Below the pieces are notes generated by a model that had not been told where the DNA came from, made no database searches, and saw only the letters and a program-made list of their open reading frames with translations. This document shows, in pieces, positions 55,746 through 64,000 of a stretch of 64,000 nucleotides of DNA (position 1 is its first letter; each line of letters begins with the position of its first letter). Source of the stretch: Acidimicrobiales bacterium (GTDB lineage: Bacteria; Actinomycetota; Acidimicrobiia; Acidimicrobiales; RAAP-2); NCBI GenBank assembly GCA_036513075.1, contig DATBZS010000042.1, forward strand, positions 261 through 64,260. The letters are read 5' to 3'. Position numbers and translations under genes: made by a program.

Positions 55746-56492
55746 TCAGGTCGACAGGTGCGTGCCGAAGAACGCCCAGATCCTCTCCCAGCCGTCGGCC
55801 GCGGCCTCGGGTCGGAAGCTCTGGCGGTCGGTATTGAAGAAGGCGTGGCCCGCCCCCTCGTAGGAGTGCACCTCCACCTCCTTACCGGCGGCCACGAGGA
55901 TCCGTTCCAGGTCGGCCACCTCTTCGGGTCCCGGATACTGGTCGTCGGCCCCGAACAGCCCGAGCAACGGGCAGGACAAGTGCGTCACCCTGTCGCCGAG
56001 GGGGGTGATCTTCAACGGGAACTCGTCGGGCGGCGCGGTCAGCGCGAAGGCGCCGTAGCAGTCGACGGCGGCATCGAGGTCCAAAGTGCAGGCTGCCAGA
56101 AGCGACTGGCGACCGCCGGAGCAGTAGCCGATGGTGGCGAGCTTGCCGTTGGACTCCGGCAAGCCAGTGAGGTGGGCCATGGCCCCGGCCACGTCGCCGA
56201 CCAACCGCTCATCGGGTACGCCCCCGTTGGCCCGGGCCGTGGCGGCGGCGTCGTCGGGGCTGGCATCGGGAGCCTCACGGAAATAAAGGTTGGGCATCAG
56301 TGCCAGGTAGCCGTTGGCCGCGAACTTGCGGGTGATCTCCTTGGTGGCGGCGTCATAGCCCGGCATGTGGTGGATGACCACCACTCCACCGGAGGGCGGG
56401 CCGCCCTGCGGTATGGCCACGTAGGCCTCGACAGGGTCTCCACCGTGACCCTCGATGATCACGGTCTCGGCCTTCAGGTCTCCACTAGTCAC
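55746..56492 (-). CDS. Dienelactone hydrolase family protein
   Basis: The GTG at 56490-56492 has GAGGAGGG upstream and overlaps the merR stop (GTGA). 'VVVIHHMPGYD' and the nucleophile region 'IGYCSGG' are present. Confidence 0.85.
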   Translation of the reverse strand: MTSGDLKAETVIIEGHGGDPVEAYVAIPQGGPPSGGVVVIHHMPGYDAATKEITRKFAANGYLALMPNLYFREAPDASPDDAAATARANGGVPDERLVGDVAGAMAHLTGLPESNGKLATIGYCSGGRQSLLAACTLDLDAAVDCYGAFALTAPPDEFPLKITPLGDRVTHLSCPLLGLFGADDQYPGPEEVADLERILVAAGKEVEVHSYEGAGHAFFNTDRQSFRPEAAADGWERIWAFFGTHLST

Positions 56493-56980
56493 GTTGTTCC
56501 CTCCTCGGATTCGGTGGTGGTGTCGAGTCCGGCGATCAGCTCGCTGAGGCGCTCCCCCTTGGCTGACCGCTCATCACGGAATGCCTGGATGCGTGCGAGT
56601 GTGTCGTCGAGTCGTTGCAGCAGGTGCTCGTTGGCGTCGACCGCATCCTCCATCAACTGGCGGCGGCGGGCGGGGTCCGCGTCCCCCCAGCGGAACTCGG
56701 AGCGGACCCGGTCGAGGGCGTCGATGTCTTCGGTCTCGAGCACCACCCGCACCTCGGCCAGCGAAAAGCCGAGCAGCTCCTGGAGATCGCGGATGCGGGT
56801 GACCCGGGCCATGTCGGTCGGCAGATAGAGACGCTCGCCGCCGGAACGGTGGCCGCTCGGCTGGATGAGTCCGAGCTCCTCCCAGTAGCGGAGGGTCCGG
56901 GTGGTCACCCCGGTGCGTTGGGCCAGCTCGCCGATGCGGAGGACGTCGCCGGTGGCGAACGTGGCCTCGACGGAGGTCAC
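56489..56980 (-). CDS. MerR-family transcriptional regulator
   Basis: Trimmed to the GTG at 56978-56980, overlapping the MFS stop (GTGA). The HTH is 'LRIGELAQRTGVTTRTLRYWEELGLIQP'. Confidence 0.85.
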   Translation of the reverse strand: MTSVEATFATGDVLRIGELAQRTGVTTRTLRYWEELGLIQPSGHRSGGERLYLPTDMARVTRIRDLQELLGFSLAEVRVVLETEDIDALDRVRSEFRWGDADPARRRQLMEDAVDANEHLLQRLDDTLARIQAFRDERSAKGERLSELIAGLDTTTESEEGTT

Positions 56981-58860
56981 CGCGGGACCTCGGCGTCGGC
57001 ACCGACGGGCTCCTCGACGGGCCCCCCGGCAGCCACCCCGGCGGTGGTCCTGGCCGGGACGAGCTGGTCGCCCTCGGCGTCGGCCTCGTCGCCCTCGTGG
57101 TACACGTACCGTCCGCCCCGTCGCCATGACGCCCACGCCGCCAGCAGGCTGGCAAAGATGGCGAAGTCGAGCGCGGCGCGGAGACCAGCCTCGAACGGCC
57201 GACTGATCAGGCTGGGGAAGAAGCTCCGGCCCGTGAGCACCGACTGCTGGGCCGGGGTCAGCTGGGCCAGGACGTGGGGGCCCACGAGGTGTTGGACCGG
57301 GTTGTAGCCGAGAAAGGCGGCGAACAGCGTGGAGACCGGCGACAGGTGGGCCACCCGCTCGGCGACCGCGGTGGGCACGCCATGGGCCACGAGTCCGTGC
57401 AGCAGATTGGCCGACAGCGAGGAGGTCAGGCCAATGATCATGAGCGTGAAGAAGATCCCGATGGAGAGGACCTGGGCCGAGTTCTGGAACGTGGTGTTCA
57501 TCCCCGAGCCGGCCCCTCGGTGCTCAGCCGGGAGGCTGTTCATCACCCCGGCCCGGTTGGGTGACCCGAACGAGGCCATGCACATCCCCGTCCCGAAGAG
57601 CACGAGGGCGAACAGCCAGTAGGGGAAGTCCACGGGCAGGAGCTCGAGCAGGACGAAGCAGACGGCCGTGCCGAGCATGCCGCCCGTGGCGAACGGCCGG
57701 GGACCGAAGCGGTCGGACAGGATGCCCGACAGGGGTCCGGCGACCAGGAACCCGATGGTGAGGGGGAGCATGGCGATTCCCGCCCACAGCGGAGTCACCG
57801 TGAAGGCGTACCCGTGCAACGGCAGCCAGATGCCCTGGAGCCAGATGATCAGCATGAACATCATGCCGCCCCGGCTGAGGGCGGCGAGGAAACTGGCCAG
57901 GACGCCGGAGGTGAAGGCCCGGATCTTGAAAAGCTGGAGCCGGAACATCGGCTGGGGCACACGGGTCTCGAGGACGCAGAACACGCCCAGGAGGACCACG
58001 CCGAGGGCCACCGAGCCGAGCACCATCGGGTTGGTCCACCCCATCACGTGGCCGCCGTAGGGCTCGATGCCGTAGGTGATCCCGATCATGACCAGGACCA
58101 GACCGACGGCGAAGGTGATGTTGCCGGGCCAGTCGATGCGGGCCGGTCGGCGCGGGCTCGTCTCGCGGAGCTCGCGGTAGCCCAAGATCGTGCCGACGAG
58201 GCCGATGGGCACCGACACCAGAAAGATCCAGCGCCAGTTGAGGGGGGCCAGGAGGCCACCGAGCACCAGGCCGATGAAGACACCGCTGAGGGCGGCAGCC
58301 TGGTTGATCCCGAGCGCCATGCCCCGCTTGTTGTCGGGGAACACGTCGGTGAGGATGGCCGCCGAGTTGGCCATGAGCATGGCCGCCCCCACTCCCTGGA
58401 AGATGCGCATGACGATCAGCCACACGCCCGCTGCGTGGCCGGTCATCCACGTGATGGACAGCAAGAGGGAGAAGAACGTGAAGACGGCGAAGCCGAAGTT
58501 GTACGTGCGCACCCGACCGCAGATGTCGCCCAGCCGTCCGAGGGTCACCACGAGGACACTGGTCACCACCAGGAATCCGAGGATCATCCACAGCAGGTAG
58601 AAGGTGTTGCCGGCCTCGAGGGGGTCGATACCGATGCCCCGGAAGATATTGGGCAGCGAGATGAGCACGATCGAGCCGTCGATGGAGGCCATCAGCATGC
58701 CGAGGGTGGAGATGAACAGGGCCATCCACTTGTAGTTGGGCGGCAGGCTGGCGAGGTCACCGTTGAGTCGGGCTTCACGATCGGACCGGCCGGTCCCGCC
58801 GTCGCCACGGCCGCCGCGGCGGTCGTCTCCCGACGTTGCGGACTCTTCGATGACGGCCAT
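56977..58860 (-). CDS. MFS transporter, DHA2-like (about 14 TM helices)
   Basis: Trimmed to the ATG at 58858-58860 ('MAVIEESATSG'). Motif A-like 'LGRLGDICGRVRTYNFG' is present. The length (627 aa) and helix count fit drug:H+ antiporter-2 type. Confidence 0.88.
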   Translation of the reverse strand: MAVIEESATSGDDRRGGRGDGGTGRSDREARLNGDLASLPPNYKWMALFISTLGMLMASIDGSIVLISLPNIFRGIGIDPLEAGNTFYLLWMILGFLVVTSVLVVTLGRLGDICGRVRTYNFGFAVFTFFSLLLSITWMTGHAAGVWLIVMRIFQGVGAAMLMANSAAILTDVFPDNKRGMALGINQAAALSGVFIGLVLGGLLAPLNWRWIFLVSVPIGLVGTILGYRELRETSPRRPARIDWPGNITFAVGLVLVMIGITYGIEPYGGHVMGWTNPMVLGSVALGVVLLGVFCVLETRVPQPMFRLQLFKIRAFTSGVLASFLAALSRGGMMFMLIIWLQGIWLPLHGYAFTVTPLWAGIAMLPLTIGFLVAGPLSGILSDRFGPRPFATGGMLGTAVCFVLLELLPVDFPYWLFALVLFGTGMCMASFGSPNRAGVMNSLPAEHRGAGSGMNTTFQNSAQVLSIGIFFTLMIIGLTSSLSANLLHGLVAHGVPTAVAERVAHLSPVSTLFAAFLGYNPVQHLVGPHVLAQLTPAQQSVLTGRSFFPSLISRPFEAGLRAALDFAIFASLLAAWASWRRGGRYVYHEGDEADAEGDQLVPARTTAGVAAGGPVEEPVGADAEVPR

Positions 58861-58870
58861 TGCTGCTCCC

Positions 58871-58886
58871 ACCGGTCTGGACCGGT
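58871..58886 (-). promoter_or_regulatory. Hairpin/direct repeat next to the MFS ribosome-binding site
   Basis: 'accggt'-ctgg-'accggt'. Each hexamer is self-complementary, so the pair can form a 6-bp stem. It ends 10 nt upstream of the MFS ATG, adjacent to GGGAG. Confidence 0.3.
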
Positions 58887-59037
58887 CCGCCCCGCCCGGT
58901 TGTGCGGGGATCTCTTTTGAGGTTAACGCAAACGTCAACGTCATGCATCGGTTGGCGTTTCCTCGACAACGCTCCCCGTGGAGCCAGGCAGGGCAATTGC
59001 CCACCGACGAGCGGGTGAACGGGCCTATCGTCAGGTG

Positions 59038-60015
59038 ATGACCCGGACGCTTCCCCATGTGCGACCGCGCCAGGGGGCGACGCGGCGACTGGCCGCGGTG
59101 ACCGTGATGGTCGCCGGGTTCGGGATGCTGACCGGCTGCGGCTCGTCGCTCCTCGGTACGACTTCGTCGACCGGGGTCGCCTCGGCCGCAGCCAGCGGCG
59201 GCAGCACAACGTCGACGACGGTGCCCCTCAACGGCGAGGTGGCCGTGGCATTCCCGGTCGTCAACTGCACCGATCCGGCGTTCGGCGGGAGTGCGATCAG
59301 GTCCAAGTCGGGCTGGAGTCCAACCATCCTCCTCGCTCCCGTACCGACGTCCCTCGTCGGGAAGGTCACCTTCTACACCGACGGGCTGCACACCCTCCTC
59401 GCCCCGGCCGGGTGGACCTGCGCGCTGGTGGCACCCGGACCATCGACCGGGGGTGCGCCGAGCGCCACGCCGACAGCCGCGGCCGGCGGCTACACAGGCA
59501 CCACCATTGCCAACCCGCCCTCGACCGGCCAGCTGACCGGGCAGAGCGCCGCCATCGGTGCCGCGGGTTCGACGACGCTGGCCGTCTACCCGTCGAATGA
59601 TCCCGATCCACCGACCACCGGGTCTCCAGCACCGGGCACCGAAGGTGTGTTCGCCACGTGGGCGTCCACCGGGACCAACGCCGGAGTCGACCTGGTCTGC
59701 CCGTTCTTCACCATCCCGTCCTGGCAGTCCCAGTCGGCCGGGTGCTCGACGTCCAAGCTGCCGGGCGAGCTGACCAACTCCATGACGCCCGACGTCACGG
59801 CGGTGGCCGACGCGGCCGGCGCGGTGGCAGACCTGGCCGCATCGGGTGGCCAGATGGTGGTCTCCGGAGTCGTGTTGTTCCCTCAGATCCCCTCGGCCAT
59901 CTCCTACGGATCGCCGATCGCGGTTGCCGCCGAGTCGTGCGCGCTGTCCGACCCCTCGCTGTGTCCGACCATCCTGTCGGACTTCGAGGTGCGCGAGTTC
60001 CCCGTCCCCGCCTAG
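59038..60015 (+). CDS. Hypothetical lipoprotein
   Basis: Trimmed to ATG 59038 ('MTRTLPHVRPRQGATRRLAAVTVMVAGFGMLTGCGSS', lipobox LTGC). The mature part has several Cys and S/T/G/A/P-rich linkers. No family recognised. Confidence 0.65.
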   Translation: MTRTLPHVRPRQGATRRLAAVTVMVAGFGMLTGCGSSLLGTTSSTGVASAAASGGSTTSTTVPLNGEVAVAFPVVNCTDPAFGGSAIRSKSGWSPTILLAPVPTSLVGKVTFYTDGLHTLLAPAGWTCALVAPGPSTGGAPSATPTAAAGGYTGTTIANPPSTGQLTGQSAAIGAAGSTTLAVYPSNDPDPPTTGSPAPGTEGVFATWASTGTNAGVDLVCPFFTIPSWQSQSAGCSTSKLPGELTNSMTPDVTAVADAAGAVADLAASGGQMVVSGVVLFPQIPSAISYGSPIAVAAESCALSDPSLCPTILSDFEVREFPVPA

Positions 60016-60376
60016 TCATCTCAGCCGCGAAGGGACTTGGCACGAACTGGATTCGAGAGGGCCGTCGGCGACCCAGGCGCAACGGGGGTGGACCTCGATG
60101 ACGGGCAAGTGTGCCGGGACCGAGCGCCACGCGTGGACGTCATGAAGCCCACACTCCGTGGCTGTTCGGTTGCAATCTCCCGGTGAGCGCGGGTTTCGGT
60201 CACCGTGCGTGGAATCGGTTGACCCTCCGGGTACCCGACCCGTAGGTTCGGCCCAGGACGGCACCATCACGCGGGGACCGAACGTGTTCTCCGAAGGGAC
60301 GAGGCTCCGGCCGACGTCCCGACGGCAGGGGAACCGGGGCCGCATCGGCACCGGAATCACAGGACGGAGCGAGACC

Positions 60377-62254
60377 ATGGCTGCACGGCAGGCTCAGGAC
60401 ACCGACGGACTGGGTGCGCTCTCGGGCTCCGGCGTGGCCACCATGGCCACCACCGACGTGGGGGCCCACAAGGCCCGGGCACGGTCGAGCCGCCTGCAGC
60501 GGCTGGCCGTAGTCCTCGGCATCGTCGCCGTGCTCCTCGTGCTCCGCGACATCCTGGCGCCGGGCATGTCGCTCCCCACGCCGTCGATCCCCCAGTCGAT
60601 GACCCCCTTCCTGGTGCCCCTGTGCCTGATCGTCGTCCTCTGTCTCGTGATGGTGGTCCCGATGGTGGCCGCCGGTCGATCGCCGCACATCCTCTTCCGC
60701 CCCGACGAGCTGACCATGACCTTCGACGACGTCCGCGGGTCCGAGGGGCTGGTCGAGGAGGTCACCAAGACCCTCAACCTCTTTCTCGCTTACCGCACGT
60801 TCAACGAACAGATGGGGGGGACACCCCGCAAGGCGATCCTGTTCGAAGGACCTCCAGGCACCGGCAAGACCTACATGGCCAAGGCCATGGCCTCCGAGGC
60901 GGGCGTGCCGTTCCTGTTCGTGTCGTCGTCGGCCTTCCAGTCCATGTTCTACGGGCAGACCAACCGCAAGATCCGCGCCTACTTCAAGGAACTGCGCCGC
61001 CAGGCCCGCCGTGAGGGCGGCGCCATCGGCTTCATCGAGGAGCTCGACGCCATCGGCGGCAAGCGGGGCGCCGGATCCACCCAGGGCGAGGGCGTACCCG
61101 GCGTGGTCAACGAGCTCCTGATCCAGCTCCAGTCGTTCGAGCAGACGCCGTGGTCGATCCGATTCCGCGGCAAGACCGTCGAGGCGGTCAACGCCTGGCT
61201 CCCGGCGGGCGGCAAGCTGCGCAAGCCGACCTTCACCCCAGCCAACATCCTGGTGATCGGGGCCACCAACCGGGCCGACGACCTCGACGCCGCACTGGTG
61301 CGACCCGGCCGCTTCGACCGCAACATCTACTTCGGGCTGCCCGGCAGGTCCGGACGGCGGGACATCCTCGACTACTACCTGGACAAGAAGGCCCACGAGC
61401 CCGAGCTCGACGACCCGGCCCGGCGCGAGACGCTGGCCGCCATGACCGCCGGGTACTCGCCGGTCATGCTCGAGCACCTGCTCGATGAAGCCCTGGTGTG
61501 GGCGCTGCGCAGAGGGGCCACCCGCCTCTCGTGGCACGACATCCAACAGGCCAAGATGACCGAAGAGATCGGGCTCGCCCAGCCGGTCGAGTACACCGAA
61601 GCGGAGCGCCGGTCCATCGCCACCCACGAAGCCGGCCACGCCACGGTGGCCTGGTTGGTGGGCAAGGGCCGCAAACTCGAGGTACTGACCATCATCAAGC
61701 GCAAGGACGCCCTCGGCCTGCTGAGCCACTCCGAGACCGAGGAGCGGTTCACCAAGTCCAAGTCCGAGGTCCGGGCCATGATCGACATCGCCTTCGGCGG
61801 CATGGTGGCCGAGGAGCTGTTCTTCGGCGAGTCCTCGACCGGTGTGTCGAGCGACCTGCACTCCGCCACCGTCAACGCCTGCCAGATGATCGGCCTGCTG
61901 GGCATGGGCAGCTCGCTCATCTCGGTTGGGGCCATCGAGCACGCCGGCGGCGGACTGGTCGGCAAGGTGCTGGCCGACGACGCCAGCCGGGCCGAGGTCG
62001 AGGCGCTCCTAGGTGAGTCCAAAGCGTCGGTCACCTCCATGCTGGACAACCATCGCCACGTCGTCGAGGCCCTGCGGGACGCCCTGCTGGTGCGATCCGA
62101 ACTGATCGGCGAGGACATCCTCGAGGTGATCCGGCGCTCACAGGGCGATCGCGACATCCTGCCGACCAACCTGCGGGACAAGCCACGCCTCCCGTCGGAC
62201 GCAGTGCCACTGGCTGGAACCGAGCGTATCGAGCACGCCGACCAGGTCGACTGA
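60377..62254 (+). CDS. FtsH-like AAA+ ATPase / M41 zinc metalloprotease paralogue
   Basis: Trimmed to ATG 60377. Two TM helices. Walker A 'GPPGTGKT', Walker B 'IGFIEELDAIG', second region of homology 'ATNRADDLDAALVRPGRFDR' and zinc site 'HEAGHA' are present. Confidence 0.85.
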   Translation: MAARQAQDTDGLGALSGSGVATMATTDVGAHKARARSSRLQRLAVVLGIVAVLLVLRDILAPGMSLPTPSIPQSMTPFLVPLCLIVVLCLVMVVPMVAAGRSPHILFRPDELTMTFDDVRGSEGLVEEVTKTLNLFLAYRTFNEQMGGTPRKAILFEGPPGTGKTYMAKAMASEAGVPFLFVSSSAFQSMFYGQTNRKIRAYFKELRRQARREGGAIGFIEELDAIGGKRGAGSTQGEGVPGVVNELLIQLQSFEQTPWSIRFRGKTVEAVNAWLPAGGKLRKPTFTPANILVIGATNRADDLDAALVRPGRFDRNIYFGLPGRSGRRDILDYYLDKKAHEPELDDPARRETLAAMTAGYSPVMLEHLLDEALVWALRRGATRLSWHDIQQAKMTEEIGLAQPVEYTEAERRSIATHEAGHATVAWLVGKGRKLEVLTIIKRKDALGLLSHSETEERFTKSKSEVRAMIDIAFGGMVAEELFFGESSTGVSSDLHSATVNACQMIGLLGMGSSLISVGAIEHAGGGLVGKVLADDASRAEVEALLGESKASVTSMLDNHRHVVEALRDALLVRSELIGEDILEVIRRSQGDRDILPTNLRDKPRLPSDAVPLAGTERIEHADQVD

Positions 62255-62339
62255 GGGTCTGCGATCACGGCACAGCAACGACGCCGAGGCACCACAGATG
62301 GCCCCGGGACCACCCAGTCACGGAACCCTGGTCAGCGGC

Positions 62340-63407
62340 TCACCACAGTGAGTTCCAGTCGTCCGGCTCGAGGAAGCCGGTCGGGCCCGAGTCGGGTCGG
62401 ACGACCCGGACAGCGTCGACGTCGATCCACGTGGGCTCGTCGAACCCGGACTGGCGCCAGTACCGCACCGGCACCGACTTCCAGTCCCGGCTCTTGACCC
62501 CGCCGGCCGAGTAACCCGGCCGGACGAGCAGGTGGGTCGGCGTGCCGGCCACCACCACACACGGACGGATCTTGCCCTCGAGGTCGGGGTGGTCGGGGTC
62601 CTCGGCGTCGAACGGCACCCAGGCCAGCACCACGCCGGCCGTCCACAGGTCGTCACGGTCGAACTCCTCCTCCTCGAGCGGCGTGAGCACAGCCCGCCGG
62701 CGCCTCATGGTCGGGAGTACCGGGGCCGGAGTGGCGTCGGTCGCCACGGACGGCCGCTCGGACGCCGCAGCGCGCTCCTTCTTCCGGGCCACCCGGACCT
62801 GCTCGGCTGCCTTCGTCGCCGCCTCGGCCCGCTTGCGGCGCTCCTCGGCTTCCCGATGCTTCTTGGCCCGTCGGGCATCGCGCTGCTCTTGGCTCGCCCC
62901 GGCCGCGACCGGAGTGCGTTCAGCAGCTGGCTCGGGCGCCGACCGCTCGAACTGCTGCCAACCGGGTAGGCCGAACCGGCCGTCGGAGTCCAGGAGCGAG
63001 AAACACAGATCGGACGCGGCCATCTCACCGTCGGCCACCGACGCCAACATCACCGTCACCGTGGTGTCGTCGTGGTCGGCACCGACCGAATCGATGGCCT
63101 CGAGGAGTCGTTCTTCGGACGGGTCGTCGGCGTCGTCGCCCAGTGCCTCGATGACCGCGGCCAGGCAGGGCTCGGCATACACGGCGGCCGCGTACGGCAG
63201 GGCCGCCCGGTACTGGGCCTTGCCCAGCACCGACGACGGGTCACGGTGCTTGCGCAGTGCGGCGAGTGCATTGGCGATCGGCTTCGAGATGGGGGAACGG
63301 GGGTCGGACACCACCTGCAGTGATTCCCTGAACGACCGCACGTCGACCCGGCTCAGTGCGGCCAGGAGCATCGCCTCTCGGGCGCTGTCGGTGATGGGGC
63401 CTTCCAT
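62340..63407 (-). CDS. Hypothetical protein with C-terminal PemK/MazF-like domain
   Basis: Trimmed to the ATG at 63405-63407 ('MEGPITDSAREAML'). The C-terminal ~110 aa 'GVVLAWVPFDAEDPDHPDLEGKIRPCVVVAG...LLVRPGYS' follow the PemK/MazF strand pattern (G-x-I/V-x-W-V-x-F...K-x-RP-x-VVV). The middle is a K/R/E/A-rich helix. The N-terminal ~150 aa are unrecognised. Confidence 0.6.
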   Translation of the reverse strand: MEGPITDSAREAMLLAALSRVDVRSFRESLQVVSDPRSPISKPIANALAALRKHRDPSSVLGKAQYRAALPYAAAVYAEPCLAAVIEALGDDADDPSEERLLEAIDSVGADHDDTTVTVMLASVADGEMAASDLCFSLLDSDGRFGLPGWQQFERSAPEPAAERTPVAAGASQEQRDARRAKKHREAEERRKRAEAATKAAEQVRVARKKERAAASERPSVATDATPAPVLPTMRRRRAVLTPLEEEEFDRDDLWTAGVVLAWVPFDAEDPDHPDLEGKIRPCVVVAGTPTHLLVRPGYSAGGVKSRDWKSVPVRYWRQSGFDEPTWIDVDAVRVVRPDSGPTGFLEPDDWNSLW

Positions 63408-63533
63408 GTTGCCGGTCCTTCCGGGTCCGGGCCGTCCCGGTCGGGGCGGCACCACGGTCGGTCATCTTCCCACTTGTCGGCACCCCTGCCGTCCCGCCCC
63501 GACGGCCGGCATCGAGGTGGACCGGACCGCCGG

Positions 63534-64000
63534 TCAGTGGGCGAACGGCGGCGGGCCCCCGAAGTGGTCGTGGAGCGCCGTCCGTGCCGCGTGGACTCCG
63601 CACATCCCGTGCACCCCGGGTCCGGGCGGCGTGGAGGCCGAGCACAGGTAGATCCCCTCTACCGGCAACCGGTAGGGATTCCACCGGAGCACGGGACGGG
63701 AGAGGGTCTGGAGTACCGTCGCCGCTCCCCCGCCGATGTCGCCGCCGACGTAGTTGGTGTCGTAGTCGGACATTCCGGACGCGGTGACCGTGGTCCGGGC
63801 GAGGACGAGGTCACCGAAGCCCGGGGCGAACCGCTCGATCTGGGCCTCGATGGCCGGCGTCATATCCTGGTTCGAACCCGGAGGAACGTGGCAGTAGGCC
63901 CACAAGGTCTGGCCCGGCGACCCGGTCCGGGACGGGTCGGCCACGCCAGGCTGGACGACGATGCAGTATGGCCGGTCCGGGTGGCGTCCGGCCCACACGG
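63534..64000 (-). CDS. FAD-dependent oxidoreductase, phytoene-desaturase (CrtI)-like, C-terminal part (gene runs off the window)
   Basis: 'NYVGGDIGGG...GIYLCSASTPPGPGVHGMCG' is the typical C-terminal FAD-binding end of this family. The ORF is open to the window edge. Confidence 0.75.
   Translation of the reverse strand, partial: VWAGRHPDRPYCIVVQPGVADPSRTGSPGQTLWAYCHVPPGSNQDMTPAIEAQIERFAPGFGDLVLARTTVTASGMSDYDTNYVGGDIGGGAATVLQTLSRPVLRWNPYRLPVEGIYLCSASTPPGPGVHGMCGVHAARTALHDHFGGPPPFAH

Noticed and set aside
60200-61942. 580-aa minus-strand ORF opposite the FtsH-like gene; likewise 62542..63651 plus strand opposite the PemK-like gene
   Set aside because: Antisense to genes with clear motifs. The sequences are G/R/D/H-rich (or S/A/R-rich) with no domain signatures.

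Overview
This is a high-G+C chromosomal segment with actinobacterial-type codon usage (third positions almost all G/C). It carries about 55 protein-coding genes on both strands. I saw no rRNA, tRNA, CRISPR array or intact mobile element. All family calls come from reading the supplied translations against remembered motifs; no search was run.

Gene order:
- VOC protein, cspA, secreted alpha/beta hydrolase.
- A five-gene translationally coupled redox operon: tiny Thr-rich anchor protein, ApbE, MsrQ-like cytochrome b, NuoF-like protein, ferredoxin.
- An OmpR-type regulator and histidine kinase, followed by GT2-GtrA and GT39 envelope glycosyltransferases.
- A lower-GC hipBA toxin-antitoxin islet with a strikingly AT-rich operator region.
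- GNAT, two-domain VOC, gabT, membrane protein, tyrosine phosphatase, MMPL transporter, aldehyde dehydrogenase, membrane-anchored protein.
- An M50-like peptidase/TPR-like fusion with atypical codon usage, then nitroreductase and SRPBCC.
- An acyl-CoA ligase / amidohydrolase / NTF2 / crotonase cluster plus dehydrogenase / TIM-barrel / Gfo genes, containing a decayed ligase fragment.
- MarR plus a two-gene ABC exporter, and a DinB-like protein.
- A lower-GC patch: secreted Thr-rich protein, L,D-transpeptidase, about 440 nt of hairpin-rich non-coding DNA, and a 5'-decayed beta-carbonic anhydrase.
- Amidase, methyltransferase, recC-recB-recD, and a Pro-tailed DUF5684-like membrane protein.
- An MFS-MerR-dienelactone hydrolase operon, a lipoprotein, and an FtsH-like AAA protease paralogue.
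- A PemK/MazF-like domain fused to a long N-terminal extension, and a partial FAD oxidoreductase at the window edge.

Most worth a second look:
1. The ApbE/MsrQ-like/NuoF-like/ferredoxin operon lacks any recognisable flavinylation-substrate domain and instead starts with a 93-aa anchor protein ending in a T/S/G/A tail with one SGAT motif.
2. The unassigned structured non-coding stretch at 42520-42960.
3. The PemK-like fusion protein.
4. The hipBA islet and its operator architecture.

Many long ORFs in the track are antisense or alternate-frame artefacts of high GC and were rejected.
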